This document shows, piece after piece, positions 8,935 through 17,880 of a DNA stretch of 32,000 bases. This DNA is from Gemmata obscuriglobus (GTDB lineage Bacteria > Planctomycetota > Planctomycetia > Gemmatales > Gemmataceae). The stretch covers positions 3,600,001 through 3,632,000 of the forward strand of contig NZ_CP042911.1 of assembly GCF_008065095.1 (NCBI RefSeq), written 5' to 3'. The position numbers and the translations under genes were made by a program. The first letter of the stretch is position 1. Each line of letters opens with the position of its first letter. The notes beneath the pieces were generated by a model, which was not told the origin of the DNA, ran no database searches, and saw nothing but the letters and a program-made list of their open reading frames with translations.

Positions 8935-8968
8935 GGCCGCCGGCACCGAAGTGCCGGCGGCCTTTTTT
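8935..8968 (+). terminator. rho-independent terminator
   Basis: GGCCGCCGGCAC, CGAA loop, GTGCCGGCGGCC (12-bp stem), followed by TTTTTT. Confidence 0.85.
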
Positions 8969-9000
8969 ATTGGAACCCCGCGCCCGAAAGGACTCCCATC

Positions 9001-9516
9001 ATGGCTGCTCTCACGGGGCGAGTACGCTTTCAAGAATTGAACGTCACGCCCGGGTTGATGGGGGTGGCGGTCATTGTGACGGCCACAACGTTAGTCGCGG
9101 CAGTCGGCGGCGCGGTGACCGCGCCGAACGTCGGCAGTTGGTACGAGCACCTCCCAAAGCCGGATTGGACCCCGCCGAACTGGGTGTTCGGTCCCGTTTG
9201 GACGGTGATGTACGCGCTAATGGCTGTTGCGGCGTCAATCGTGTGGGTGTCTCGGGCGTGCGACGACATCTGCTGCCCGCTCAGCGCGTTCGGGGCTCAG
9301 TTGGTGTTGAACTTGGCCTGGAGTGTTTGCTTCTTCGGACTGCACAGCCCGCTGCTCGGCTTCCTGGACGTGTGCCTGCTCTGGGTTCTCGTCGGTGTAA
9401 CGGTGGCGGAGTTCTTTCTCGTATCGCGGGTCGCCGGGCTTTTGCTGATACCGTACTGGCTTTGGGTGACATTTGCGGCGATACTGAACGCTGCGATCGT
9501 GATGAAGGGCAGTTGA
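9001..9516 (+). CDS. tspO: TspO/MBR family tryptophan-rich sensory protein
   Basis: 171 aa with five TM helices. Conserved blocks are WYEHLPKPDWTPPNWVFGPVWTVMYALMAVAA, LNLAWSVCFFGLHSP and IPYWLWVTFAAILN. Confidence 0.9.
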   Translation: MAALTGRVRFQELNVTPGLMGVAVIVTATTLVAAVGGAVTAPNVGSWYEHLPKPDWTPPNWVFGPVWTVMYALMAVAASIVWVSRACDDICCPLSAFGAQLVLNLAWSVCFFGLHSPLLGFLDVCLLWVLVGVTVAEFFLVSRVAGLLLIPYWLWVTFAAILNAAIVMKGS

Positions 9517-9533
9517 GCGGAATTGTGCTTGTT

Positions 9534-9579
9534 AAACGCGGCGGCCCGCTCGAATGTTTGAGCGGGCCGCCGCGTTTTT
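9534..9579. terminator. bidirectional hairpin terminator between convergent genes
   Basis: AAACGCGGCGGCCCGCTC (9534-9551), GAATGTTT loop, GAGCGGGCCGCCGCGTTT (9560-9577), then TT. An A-run/T-run flanks an 18-bp stem. It lies between tspO (+) and the DUF2934 gene (-). Confidence 0.85.
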
Positions 9580-9588
9580 ATTGCAACT

Positions 9589-9843
9589 TCACGAACCGCG
9601 TTGCGTCAGTTCCTGTTCGGCGCGGAGCCAGAACTCGCCCCCGTCTCCCGCCGGACGGCCGGCGCGCTCCCACAACGAGTAGGCCAGCGCACGAACCTTC
9701 TCATCGTCCACCGCTGCCGGCTCCGTGGAGGGTTGAGCCGGTTGCAGAGAAACGGCGTCAGAAGCTTCCGCCGGGTTTAATCGCTGTGAGGTGGGTGTTT
9801 TGTTCGCGTTACGCCCTTGTGTGGGGGCAGCATTTCTTGCCAC
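9589..9843 (-). CDS. DUF2934 domain protein
   Basis: The C-terminal block VRALAYSLWERAGRPAGDGGEFWLRAEQEL is the DUF2934 signature. The start (GTG at 9843) is uncertain and a shorter product is possible. Confidence 0.6.
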   Translation of the reverse strand: MARNAAPTQGRNANKTPTSQRLNPAEASDAVSLQPAQPSTEPAAVDDEKVRALAYSLWERAGRPAGDGGEFWLRAEQELTQRGS

Positions 9844-10337
9844 TGTGACGTTCTCCGGAGATGTACGTTGGCTCGGGCGCCGCCAGGGTGTGATCGAAAC
9901 ACGTCAGTAGAGAGCACAATACGTTCCACACCGTTACTGTGGCTCGCGTTGGGGCTGTAAAGCATCGGTTCGTGCCGGTGCTACGTGTGTGAGGCACTGT
10001 TCCGATTGATGAATGAGAACTTGGCTGCGCTCTAGTTTTGGTGCTCGGTGGACCTGTTTCGCAACGGTCCCAAACGGCCATGTTCCGGGGGCTTAAAAGC
10101 GTCACGGACCGCTCAATACGACCTGCGGCATTGATCTAAGTGCTTTGATCCCGAATTGGCACGCTGTCTGCATTTCTATCACTCACCGCGGCAACGCGGA
10201 TCGGACAAAACAACTGCCGGAGTATCACTCCGGCGAAACAGGCTGCTCCGGCCTGGTGCTCGTGTCAACCTGTCGCACCGCGAAACGGGCGGCGGATCAC
10301 ATACCGATTGCAACGATTCTCTTTCGGAGGGTTTACC

Positions 10338-10511
10338 ATGCTCCGCTGGGCGCTCATGTTCCTGGTTATCGCGCTGATCTCCGCTCTGTTCGGATTCACT
10401 GATGTGGCCGGTACCTCAATGGTTGCCGCCAAGATCTTGTTCTTCGTCTTTCTGGTGATGTTCGTTGTGTCCCTGATCATGGGGACCCGGTCCACCAGAG
10501 ACGTCGTTTGA
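10338..10511 (+). CDS. DUF1328 (UPF0391) small membrane protein
   Basis: ORF 10308..10511 trimmed to MLRWALMFLVIALISALFGF...AKILFFVFLVMFVVSLI at 10338, with GGAGGG 6 nt upstream. Confidence 0.8.
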   Translation: MLRWALMFLVIALISALFGFTDVAGTSMVAAKILFFVFLVMFVVSLIMGTRSTRDVV

Positions 10512-10539
10512 CGGCAAATCCACTCCCGGCAGTCCACAG

Positions 10540-10575
10540 CGACCCACCCGTAAATCGGGTGGGTCGTTGTGTTTT
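10540..10575 (+). terminator. rho-independent terminator, followed by a second short hairpin at 10577-10595
   Basis: CGACCCACCCG, TAAAT loop, CGGGTGGGTCG, followed by TTGTGTTTT. Then comes CGTGCCGA-TTT-TCGGCACG. Confidence 0.8.
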
Positions 10576-10627
10576 GCGTGCCGATTTTCGGCACGTGACT
10601 TGCTTTGTGCGACGTAACCACGAGGCG

Positions 10628-11560
10628 ATGGCAATGAAAATGAAGCCGCAGGACGTATGGGCGTTGTTGAAAGATTCCGCGACAAAGTTCATCGACGATA
10701 AGGCCATGCGACTCAGCGCCGCGCTCGCGTATTACACCACATTGTCACTGTCGCCACTGTTGTTAGCTGTCGTAGCCATCGCCGGGCTCGCCTACGGTCC
10801 TGAGGCGGCGCGCGGCGAAATTGTTGCGCAATTTCGCGACACGATCGGCGTGGAGGCCGCGAGCTTCGTCGAACAACTGATTATTAAAAGCTCGTCCAAG
10901 TCGGACGGCATTGTGGCCGCGATCGTTGCTGGCGGCGTGCTGCTCTTTGGGGCTTCGGGTGTGTTTTCGGACATGCAGAGCGCCCTCAACACGATCTGGA
11001 AGGTCCCGGGGCACGAGGTCAAGGGCGGCATTTTGAGTATCGTGAAGGACCGGCTCCTTTCGTTCTCGCTCGTGTGCGGGGCTGCGTTTCTGCTGCTCAC
11101 CTCGTTGGTAGTGACCGCCATCCTGGCGGGGATCAATAGCCGTGTGGCCGGATGGCTCCCTGGCATGGACGCCCTCGCACAGGTCGTCAACTTCGTGTTC
11201 AACTTCGTCCTCACGGCTGCGCTGTTTGCGATGATTTTCAAATGGCTTCCCGAGACGACGTTGTCTTGGCGCGACGTGGGGATCGGGGCCGCGGTCACCG
11301 CACTTCTGTTCTCGCTCGGTCGGTACCTGATCGGATTGTACCTGGGAAAAGCCGCGGTCGGCTCGACCTACGGCGCAGCAGGGGCGTTCGTTGTGCTGCT
11401 GGTGTGGATCTACTACTCGACCATGATTCTCCTGTTCGGGGCCGAGTTAACGTTCGTGTACGCGCAGCGGTTCGGGTCCGGTGTCCGCACCCCCGATGGC
11501 GCGCTGGTCGAGCCGCGTGCGGCGAGTGCGCCGGGGCTCCCGTCCCTGGCGAGCCAGTGA
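10628..11560 (+). CDS. YihY/virulence factor BrkB family membrane protein
   Basis: ORF 10508..11560 trimmed to MAMKMKPQDVWALLKDS. The family signature is RLSAALAYYTTLSLSPLLL and FGAELTFVYAQR, with multiple TM helices. The start could also be 10634 or 10640. Confidence 0.85.
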   Translation: MAMKMKPQDVWALLKDSATKFIDDKAMRLSAALAYYTTLSLSPLLLAVVAIAGLAYGPEAARGEIVAQFRDTIGVEAASFVEQLIIKSSSKSDGIVAAIVAGGVLLFGASGVFSDMQSALNTIWKVPGHEVKGGILSIVKDRLLSFSLVCGAAFLLLTSLVVTAILAGINSRVAGWLPGMDALAQVVNFVFNFVLTAALFAMIFKWLPETTLSWRDVGIGAAVTALLFSLGRYLIGLYLGKAAVGSTYGAAGAFVVLLVWIYYSTMILLFGAELTFVYAQRFGSGVRTPDGALVEPRAASAPGLPSLASQ

Positions 11561-11634
11561 GCGCCTGTGAAAAGTTCGGTTTCACGCGGCGAGCGCCAGT
11601 GGCGCTCGCCGATTTCATCAAGGAGTTTCGTCTG

Positions 11635-13518
11635 ATGCCTGCTATGAAGCCCACGAAGCCCGTTTCTCGCGTTCGCCCGTACCCCGCCGCAGAAATCAAA
11701 CACGGTCGGCACTCGGCCCCGGCCCCCGCAATCCACGCGGGGATGGGCGCGATTCCGCACGCGAACGGGGTCGCGTTCCGGGTGTGGGCGCCGCACGCCG
11801 AGAACGTCGCCGTGATCGGCACGTTTAACGACTGGGATAAGACTAAGAACCCGATGACCCGCGAGAACGCGGAGGGCTACTGGTACTGCGATGTGCCGGG
11901 GGCGAAGATCGGCGCGGAGTACCGGTATTCGTTGCAAACGCCCGCAGGCGAACTGTCCAAGATCGATCCCTACGCTCGCGAGGTGACCAACTCCGTCGGC
12001 AACGCCGTCGTTCACGACCCTAACTTCGACTGGGGCGAGGAGTTTCATAAGACGCCGGCCTGGAACGAGTGGGTCATTTACGAGTTGCACGTCGGCACGT
12101 TCAATGACCAGAACCCCGACGACCCGCGGCCCGCGACGTTTGAGACCGTGGTCCACCGCTTCGACCACCTCAAAAAGCTCGGGGTGAACTGCATCCAGGT
12201 GATGCCGGTGGCGGAGTTCGCTGGCGACCGATCGTGGGGCTATAACCCGGCGCACATGTTCGCGGTGGAGGGCGCTTACGGCGGCCCTAAGAAGTTTAAA
12301 GAGTTCGTCCGGGAGGCGCACCGGAACGGCTTCGCTGTCATTCTCGATGTGGTGTACAACCACTTCGGACCGTCCGACCTCGACTTGTGGCAGTTCGACG
12401 GGTGGAGCGAGAACGGCGGCGGCGGCATCTACTTTTATCAGGACTGGCGGAGGGAGACGCCGTGGGGAGACACTCGCCCCGACTACGGGCGCCCCGAAGT
12501 ACGCCAGTTCATCCGCGACAACGCGATGATGTGGGTTGAGGACTACCACATCGACGGGCTGCGCATGGACATGACGCTGTACATCCGGAGCGTCCGCGCC
12601 GACGGCGAGCCGAACCTGCCGGACGGCTGGAGCCTGCTCCAGTGGATCAACGGCGAGATCCGTGAGAAGCACCCCAACACCCTGACCATCGCCGAAGACC
12701 TCCAGCACAGCGAATGGATGACGAAGCCGGTGGGGGAGGGTGGCGCGGGATACGGCGCGCAGTGGGACGATCAGTTCGTTCACCCGATTCGCGAGGCGGT
12801 GATCGCGGCCGAAGACGATCACCGGTCGATGGGCGCGATCGCCCATGCGCTGGCGCACCGCTACAACGGTGACGCGTTTCAGCGCGTCATCTACAGCGAG
12901 AGCCACGACGAGGTCGCGAACGGTAAGGCGCGGGTGGTTCACGAGATCGCCCCGGGCGATCCGAAGAACTGGTTCGCACAAAAGCGATCCACGCTCGCGG
13001 CGGCACTCGTGTTCACAGCCCCCGGCATCCCGATGCTGTTCCAGGGACAGGAGTTTCTGGAGGGCGAGTGGTTCCGGGACACCGTACCGCTGGATTGGGA
13101 CAAGTCGTCCGAGTTCCGCGGGATCGTGCGACTGTACCGCGACCTCGTTCGTCTCCGGCTCAACCGCGGCGGGCAGACCAAGGGACTCACGGGACAACAC
13201 ATCCAGGTGATTCGGGCGGATGAGACGGCAAAAGTGATTGCTTTTCACCGCTGGATGGACGGAGGGCAAGATGATTCGGTGGTTGTAGTTGCGAACTTCC
13301 ACCGGGAAGCGCGGGAGAACTTCCGGATCGGATTCCCGGAATCTGGGGCATGGAAGTTGCTTATCAACTCAGACTGGGCAGGGTACAGCGAGACGTTCGG
13401 GAACTACCCGTCGTCCGATGTGACCGCCGAACCGGGTGAGTGTGACGGGCTGCCGAATCACGGAGCCGTCAACATCGGCCCGTACAGCGTGCTGGTGTTC
13501 GCCCGCACGAGCTTATAA
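11635..13518 (+). CDS. GH13 alpha-glucan branching-enzyme-like glycoside hydrolase (CBM48 + catalytic + C-terminal domain)
   Basis: ORF 11152..13518 trimmed to the ATG at 11635, with AAGGAG 9 nt upstream. The CBM48-like block is VAFRVWAPHAENVAVIGTFNDWD. GH13 regions are DVVYNHFG, DGLRMDMT, TIAEDLQ and YSESHDEV. Assignment to GlgB versus a TreZ-like subfamily is not resolved from sequence alone. Confidence 0.85.
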   Translation: MPAMKPTKPVSRVRPYPAAEIKHGRHSAPAPAIHAGMGAIPHANGVAFRVWAPHAENVAVIGTFNDWDKTKNPMTRENAEGYWYCDVPGAKIGAEYRYSLQTPAGELSKIDPYAREVTNSVGNAVVHDPNFDWGEEFHKTPAWNEWVIYELHVGTFNDQNPDDPRPATFETVVHRFDHLKKLGVNCIQVMPVAEFAGDRSWGYNPAHMFAVEGAYGGPKKFKEFVREAHRNGFAVILDVVYNHFGPSDLDLWQFDGWSENGGGGIYFYQDWRRETPWGDTRPDYGRPEVRQFIRDNAMMWVEDYHIDGLRMDMTLYIRSVRADGEPNLPDGWSLLQWINGEIREKHPNTLTIAEDLQHSEWMTKPVGEGGAGYGAQWDDQFVHPIREAVIAAEDDHRSMGAIAHALAHRYNGDAFQRVIYSESHDEVANGKARVVHEIAPGDPKNWFAQKRSTLAAALVFTAPGIPMLFQGQEFLEGEWFRDTVPLDWDKSSEFRGIVRLYRDLVRLRLNRGGQTKGLTGQHIQVIRADETAKVIAFHRWMDGGQDDSVVVVANFHREARENFRIGFPESGAWKLLINSDWAGYSETFGNYPSSDVTAEPGECDGLPNHGAVNIGPYSVLVFARTSL

Positions 13519-13534
13519 CTTCTGGGGACGCACC

Positions 13535-14047
13535 ATGAACATCCTCAACGGCACCCGCAAACTGTGCGCGAACCAAGTGAATTTGGAACAGCGCCTGGCG
13601 TGCCTGGCGGATGCGGGTCCGCAGGCGATTACCGACCGCATCGCTCAGCTCGACCGGGAGTGGAGTGCCGGACGTGCGACCAAGGCTCTTATCGGTTTGA
13701 TGATCGTGACCGGGTTCGCCCTGACCGCTTTGCTCAACCCGTGGTGGCTGATTCTGCCGGCCGTGGGCGGGGTGTTTTTACTTCAGTACCTGTTCGGCCG
13801 GTCGTCGTGGCTCGGCGCAACGTTCCGCGAAATGGGGTTCCGGTCGGGTCAGGACATCGACCAGGAGCGGTTCGCTTTGCGGGCACTGCGGGGCGATTTC
13901 AAGAACCTCCCAACGGTTCATGAGATCGAGAGCAAGGACGATATTTCGCGGCTCGAAGGGGAGGGCGGGATCGCTCTTGATCCCGAAGAGTCCAAAACCG
14001 ACGCCCGAGACGCGGTGAAGGTTGTGATGCAGGCGGCGAAGAGCTGA
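13535..14047 (+). CDS. membrane protein, possibly DUF2892/YgaP-like
   Basis: ORF 13436..14047 trimmed to MNILNG at 13535, with GGGGA upstream. Two adjacent hydrophobic helices (LIGLMIVTGFALTALL and WWLILPAVGGVFLLQYLF) precede an acidic tail. The family call is tentative. Confidence 0.5.
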   Translation: MNILNGTRKLCANQVNLEQRLACLADAGPQAITDRIAQLDREWSAGRATKALIGLMIVTGFALTALLNPWWLILPAVGGVFLLQYLFGRSSWLGATFREMGFRSGQDIDQERFALRALRGDFKNLPTVHEIESKDDISRLEGEGGIALDPEESKTDARDAVKVVMQAAKS

Positions 14048-14068
14048 TTCAAGTGAGTCCGACTCGCA

Positions 14069-14106
14069 GGGCCGACCGGGAGGATTCCGGTCGGCCCTTT
14101 CGTGTT
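14069..14106 (+). terminator. rho-independent terminator
   Basis: GGGCCGACCGG, GAGGATT loop, CCGGTCGGCCC, followed by TTTCGTGTT. Confidence 0.75.
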
Positions 14107-14326
14107 ATGGGTCGTGATCTCGTGGTAAGCGTACCAAACCTCTCAGTTCATGCCGATCGGTGAGAAGACGGTTGCGCGGCCTGAAAATTGCAATTCGCGG
14201 CTTGGTTCAATTAACCCGCTCATCTTGCGCATCTCACACTTCGCGAAGTGGCTTCGGTGTGGCTCGGCGTCCTGGCACGCAACGTGCTGTGTACAAGACG
14301 CAGATCCCGTTTCAGGAGTCACCCCG

Positions 14327-14767
14327 ATGGCAACCGCTGAAGCCGCTCCGCCGCTCTCCTCTTACGACGCGACGAACACCCCACCCGGCCCCCCCCCACA
14401 GACGGTAACCGGGCTCGTGTCGGGCATCATTAACGATGCCCAAACGCTCCTTCGTCAGCAGGCCGACATGCTGAAGTCGGAAGTCCGTGAGGACTTCAAA
14501 CGGTCGAAGCGGGCCGCCGAGTTCGGCGCGATCGCGGTCGTTTGCACGACGGTCGGCGCACTCGGCGTGATCACCGCTGCGGCGTACTTGTTGCACGAAC
14601 AGTTCGGGTTCAAGATGTGGGCCTCTTGGGGCATCGTGAGCTTGGCGTTCCTTCTCGTGGGCGGGGGGCTGGGCTGGATCAGCTACAACCTCCTCGAACG
14701 GTTCAACCCGCTGCCGGATAAGACCTTCAACGCGCTCAAGGAGAATGTCACGTGGCAGACCAAATGA
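14327..14767 (+). CDS. phage-holin-family (PF07332-like) membrane protein
   Basis: ORF 14150..14767 trimmed to MATAEA at 14327, with CAGGAG 8 nt upstream. The pattern is LVSGIINDAQTLLRQQADMLKSEVRED...KR, followed by two TM helices. Confidence 0.6.
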   Translation: MATAEAAPPLSSYDATNTPPGPPPQTVTGLVSGIINDAQTLLRQQADMLKSEVREDFKRSKRAAEFGAIAVVCTTVGALGVITAAAYLLHEQFGFKMWASWGIVSLAFLLVGGGLGWISYNLLERFNPLPDKTFNALKENVTWQTK

Positions 14768-15438
14768 ACCAACCGGAGAAAACTCCGGAAGAGATCGAAC
14801 GCGAGATGCTTCAGACTCGCGAGGCGCTGACCGAGAAGGTCGCGGCCCTGGAGAACCAGGTGGTCGGTACGGTGCAGACGGCTGCCGACACGTTCACCGG
14901 CACTGTTGAGGCGGTCAAGTCGTTGGTGAACCACGCGCCGGAGCGGGTGTCAGAGACCGTGCGGCAGGCCTCTGCCGCTATGAGTGACGCCCTCAAGGGC
15001 ACGTTAGACATCTCCAGCCACGTGCGCGAGCACCCCTGGGTCGCGGTCGGTATCTCGGCGCTGCTGGGTGGCGTTGTCGGGGCGATGATCGCCCCGCGCC
15101 GCGGTGCGGGCGGGTCGTTCAGTCCGTTCGCCGAAGCGAGTGGGCCGATTCCGGCGGCTGCGCATCCTGCATCAACTTCGTCACAACCGGTCGCTGCGGT
15201 TGGGGGAACTGCACACCCGGGCATCTTTGACGAAGTGCGTAACGCCCTCGGTGCGAAGGTGCGTGAGCTTGCGGACACGGCTCTGAACGCTCTCTCCACC
15301 TCGCTGAAGTCGACTCTCGAAACGACCGTTCCGAAGCTGGTCGATCAGGCTGCTTCGCATTTGACCGAGACCGAGAGCAACGACGTTCCGGAAACGCTCG
15401 CTGCCCGGTTCGACGCCCGTCGCACTCAGGGCTCGTAA
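14764..15438 (+). CDS. DUF3618 domain protein
   Basis: The start ATG at 14764 overlaps the upstream TGA (ATGA). The N-terminal block PEEIEREMLQTREALTEKVAALE is DUF3618-like. There is one TM helix (WVAVGISALLGGVVGAMI). Confidence 0.6.
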   Translation: MNQPEKTPEEIEREMLQTREALTEKVAALENQVVGTVQTAADTFTGTVEAVKSLVNHAPERVSETVRQASAAMSDALKGTLDISSHVREHPWVAVGISALLGGVVGAMIAPRRGAGGSFSPFAEASGPIPAAAHPASTSSQPVAAVGGTAHPGIFDEVRNALGAKVRELADTALNALSTSLKSTLETTVPKLVDQAASHLTETESNDVPETLAARFDARRTQGS

Positions 15439-15518
15439 GAGGCGGTGTGTTCCGACTGCGCTGACCGGTGCCCGGAACACACCTCGGCATCGGCAGGAAC
15501 AGGGGTGGGGGGCTGATC

Positions 15519-15728
15519 GTGCGCATCGTAGGCATCATCCTCGTCATTTTGGGCGCCCTCGGGCTCGGATGGCAGGGCCTGGCTTCCGGGGCAACCGAGC
15601 GGCCCGACACTGCTGAAACGACCCGCGAGGTGCAGCAGACAATCTGGGTGCCGCCGACAGTGAGCGGGATTGCGGTGGTGAGCGGGCTGCTTTTGTTGGC
15701 GAGCGCGGGCCGACGTGAAGAGCTGTGA
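15519..15728 (+). CDS. small two-TM membrane protein (DUF3185-like, tentative)
   Basis: GTG at 15519 is preceded by a purine-rich AGGGGTGGGGGG. The helices are VRIVGIILVILGALGLGW and VSGIAVVSGLLLLAS. The start is uncertain (the ORF opens at 15468). Confidence 0.45.
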   Translation: MRIVGIILVILGALGLGWQGLASGATERPDTAETTREVQQTIWVPPTVSGIAVVSGLLLLASAGRREEL

Positions 15729-15744
15729 CTTTGGAATCCTTGAA

Positions 15745-15784
15745 CGACACGGCCCTCGGAACTATCCGAGGGCCGTGTCGTTTG
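15745..15784. terminator. hairpin terminator between convergent genes
   Basis: CGACACGGCCCTCGGA, ACTA loop, TCCGAGGGCCGTGTCG (16-bp perfect stem), then TTTG. Confidence 0.75.
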
Positions 15785-15791
15785 CCGAAGG

Positions 15792-16838
15792 TTACCGCCA
15801 GCGGAAAATTCGGAGCGCGAGCGCGAAACTAAGTACCCCCCACACGCCGAGTACGAGTAGCGGGTACGGGAGCGCTTCCCAACCGGCGCCGTCGTTCATC
15901 ACCGCCCGCAGCGCATCATTCAGAGCCGTCAGCGGCAGCAACTGCACGAACCACTGCATCCCTTCGGGAAAGCGCGACGACGAGAAAAATACTCCCGACA
16001 GAACGTACATGGGGAGCATCACGGCGTTCACGAGACCGGCAATCGTTTCCATCGTGCGGGCGCGTGAGCCGAGTAGCAGCCCGATTCCCGCGAAGCTGGC
16101 CCCGCCTAGAGCGACCAACCCCACGAACACCAGCGGGTTGCCGCGGACCTTCACCCCGAAGGCGAGATACGCGAACCCCAGTAGCAGTCCGATGTCGATG
16201 AGTGTGAACACGAGCCGGCTGATCATTAGGCTGAGCATGAAATCGGAGCGGCGCATCGGGGTCGCCTGGAACCGCTTGAGCAACTTCCGGACGCGCAGGT
16301 CGCCGACCGCGAAGCCCACCCCGAACAGCCCGCCGCCGAGCAGGTTCATTCCCAGCAGCCCGGGAATGAGAAAATCGATGTACCGGCCCCCGGGCTCAGT
16401 CGTTGCGGTTTCGGCCGGGGGATTCGGTGTCGGGTGTGTCGCACGAAGCAGCGCACGGTCGGCCGCGTTTCGGGCCAAAACGCTTTCCGACCGGGTGGCG
16501 TCGAAAAGGTATTCGTACCCCGACGCCGTTTCGGGCCGCGGTATCACGACCGCGTCGGTTTTCGACGTGCGGAGGCGCTTGCGGGCAACGGGTTCGTCGA
16601 GCACTTCGACTTTTACCCCCGGATCGGCGCTGAGGTCGGCCCGCAACTTCTCGGTCACTTCAGGGTGCCGCGGATCGGCGACCACGTCCACGTTCGCCGC
16701 GGGCACCGGCTTCTCGCTGAACGCGAGCCCGAGCACGAACGCCAGGATCAGGGGGAAGCCGTATACCCAGAACAGCGCCGCCGGCTCGCGGTAGAACTCG
16801 CGGAACCGGGCCAGCGTCAGTTGCCAGAGAGGACTCAT
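15792..16838 (-). CDS. ABC-2 type transporter permease
   Basis: 348 aa. An N-terminal TM helix is followed by a large loop and then five C-terminal TM helices, typical of ABC-2 permeases. It lies directly downstream of an ABC ATPase. Confidence 0.85.
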   Translation of the reverse strand: MSPLWQLTLARFREFYREPAALFWVYGFPLILAFVLGLAFSEKPVPAANVDVVADPRHPEVTEKLRADLSADPGVKVEVLDEPVARKRLRTSKTDAVVIPRPETASGYEYLFDATRSESVLARNAADRALLRATHPTPNPPAETATTEPGGRYIDFLIPGLLGMNLLGGGLFGVGFAVGDLRVRKLLKRFQATPMRRSDFMLSLMISRLVFTLIDIGLLLGFAYLAFGVKVRGNPLVFVGLVALGGASFAGIGLLLGSRARTMETIAGLVNAVMLPMYVLSGVFFSSSRFPEGMQWFVQLLPLTALNDALRAVMNDGAGWEALPYPLLVLGVWGVLSFALALRIFRWR

Positions 16839-16891
16839 AATCCCGTCCCTAGTCCGAAGGTTGTGGCGTTACGACTTTCGACCTTCGGACG

Positions 16892-17836
16892 TTAGGCCCC
16901 GTCTCGCAAGTGCCGGCCGGTGAGCGTGACGAACACGTCTTCCAGGGTCGCGGTACGGGTGGTGAGCCCGGCGAGCTTCGCGCCCCGCGCGCGCAGAAGG
17001 TCCAGTAGCGCGGGGAGCGCCCGGTGCGGCTCTCCGGCGGTCAGGGTGATTCGGTCCCCTTCTTCACGGACGGCGTTGACCGTCGGGAGCCCGCTCAACT
17101 CGCCGTGGGTCGGGCGGGTGGGCGTCGTCGGGTCGAGGTCCAGGTCGATGACGTGTTCTCCGCCGACGCGGGCGATCAACTCGGCCGGCGTTCCGAGGGC
17201 GATCACCTGCCCGTGATCGACCACCGCGACGCGGTCGCAGAGCCGCTCCGCCTCGTCCATGTAGTGCGTCGTGAGGACGACCGTGCGCCCGCGGCCCTTG
17301 ATCGCGCGGATCACGTCCCAGAGCTGCCGACGCGATTGCGGATCAAGGCCGGTGGTGGGCTCGTCGAGGAACAGCAACTCGGGGTCGCCGACCAGCGCGG
17401 TCGCGACCGCCAGCCGCTGGCGCTGCCCGCCCGAGAGCTTGTCCACGTAGGCGTGCTGCTTCTCTTCGAGCGACACCCGTCCGATGGCTTCGTCGGGGGT
17501 GATACCGGCCGCGTAGAACGACCGGAACAGGGTGACCGTTTCGCGCACCGTGAGCTTGTCGGAAAGTCGCGTCTCCTGGAGCGAGATGCCGATCTTGTTC
17601 CGCAACTCGGTGTCGTTCTGACCCCATTTCAGTCCGAGGATCTCGACCTCACCCGCAGTGGGATCGAGCAGCCCTTCGATGATCTCAAGGGTGGTCGTTT
17701 TGCCGGCGCCGTTCGGCCCCAGCAGGCCGAAACACTCGCCCGAGTGGACGTCGAGATCGAGCCCGCGGACCGCCTCGACGGGCGGCTTGGCGGGGTACGT
17801 CTTCACGAGGCCGCGCACGCGAATCGCTTGGGTCAT
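16892..17836 (-). CDS. ABC transporter ATP-binding protein
   Basis: ORF 16892..18457 trimmed to MTQAIRVRGL at 17836. Walker A is GPNGAGKTT, the signature is LSGGQRQRL, Walker B is LLFLDEPTTGLD, and the H-loop is LTTHYMDE. Confidence 0.9.
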   Translation of the reverse strand: MTQAIRVRGLVKTYPAKPPVEAVRGLDLDVHSGECFGLLGPNGAGKTTTLEIIEGLLDPTAGEVEILGLKWGQNDTELRNKIGISLQETRLSDKLTVRETVTLFRSFYAAGITPDEAIGRVSLEEKQHAYVDKLSGGQRQRLAVATALVGDPELLFLDEPTTGLDPQSRRQLWDVIRAIKGRGRTVVLTTHYMDEAERLCDRVAVVDHGQVIALGTPAELIARVGGEHVIDLDLDPTTPTRPTHGELSGLPTVNAVREEGDRITLTAGEPHRALPALLDLLRARGAKLAGLTTRTATLEDVFVTLTGRHLRDGA

Positions 17837-17880
17837 GCGTACACTATACGGGGTTGTGCGGGAACGGGCACCCGGGGCGG

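Noticed and set aside
13660-13690. GRAT peptide (EWSAGRATKAL) in CDS 13535..14047, which could have signalled a chromosomal palindrome copy.
   Set aside because: The nucleotide sequence is GGACGTGCGACC, not GGTCGCGCGACC. It is not a palindrome and is unrelated to the element family.
17396-17409. 14-bp palindrome GCGGTCGCGACCGC in the ABC ATPase gene, resembling the element palindrome minus two central bases.
   Set aside because: It encodes the conserved AVATAL segment after the LSGGQ signature using GC-rich codons. It lacks the GGTCGCGCGACC core and lies in the chromosomal part. It is most simply coincidence.
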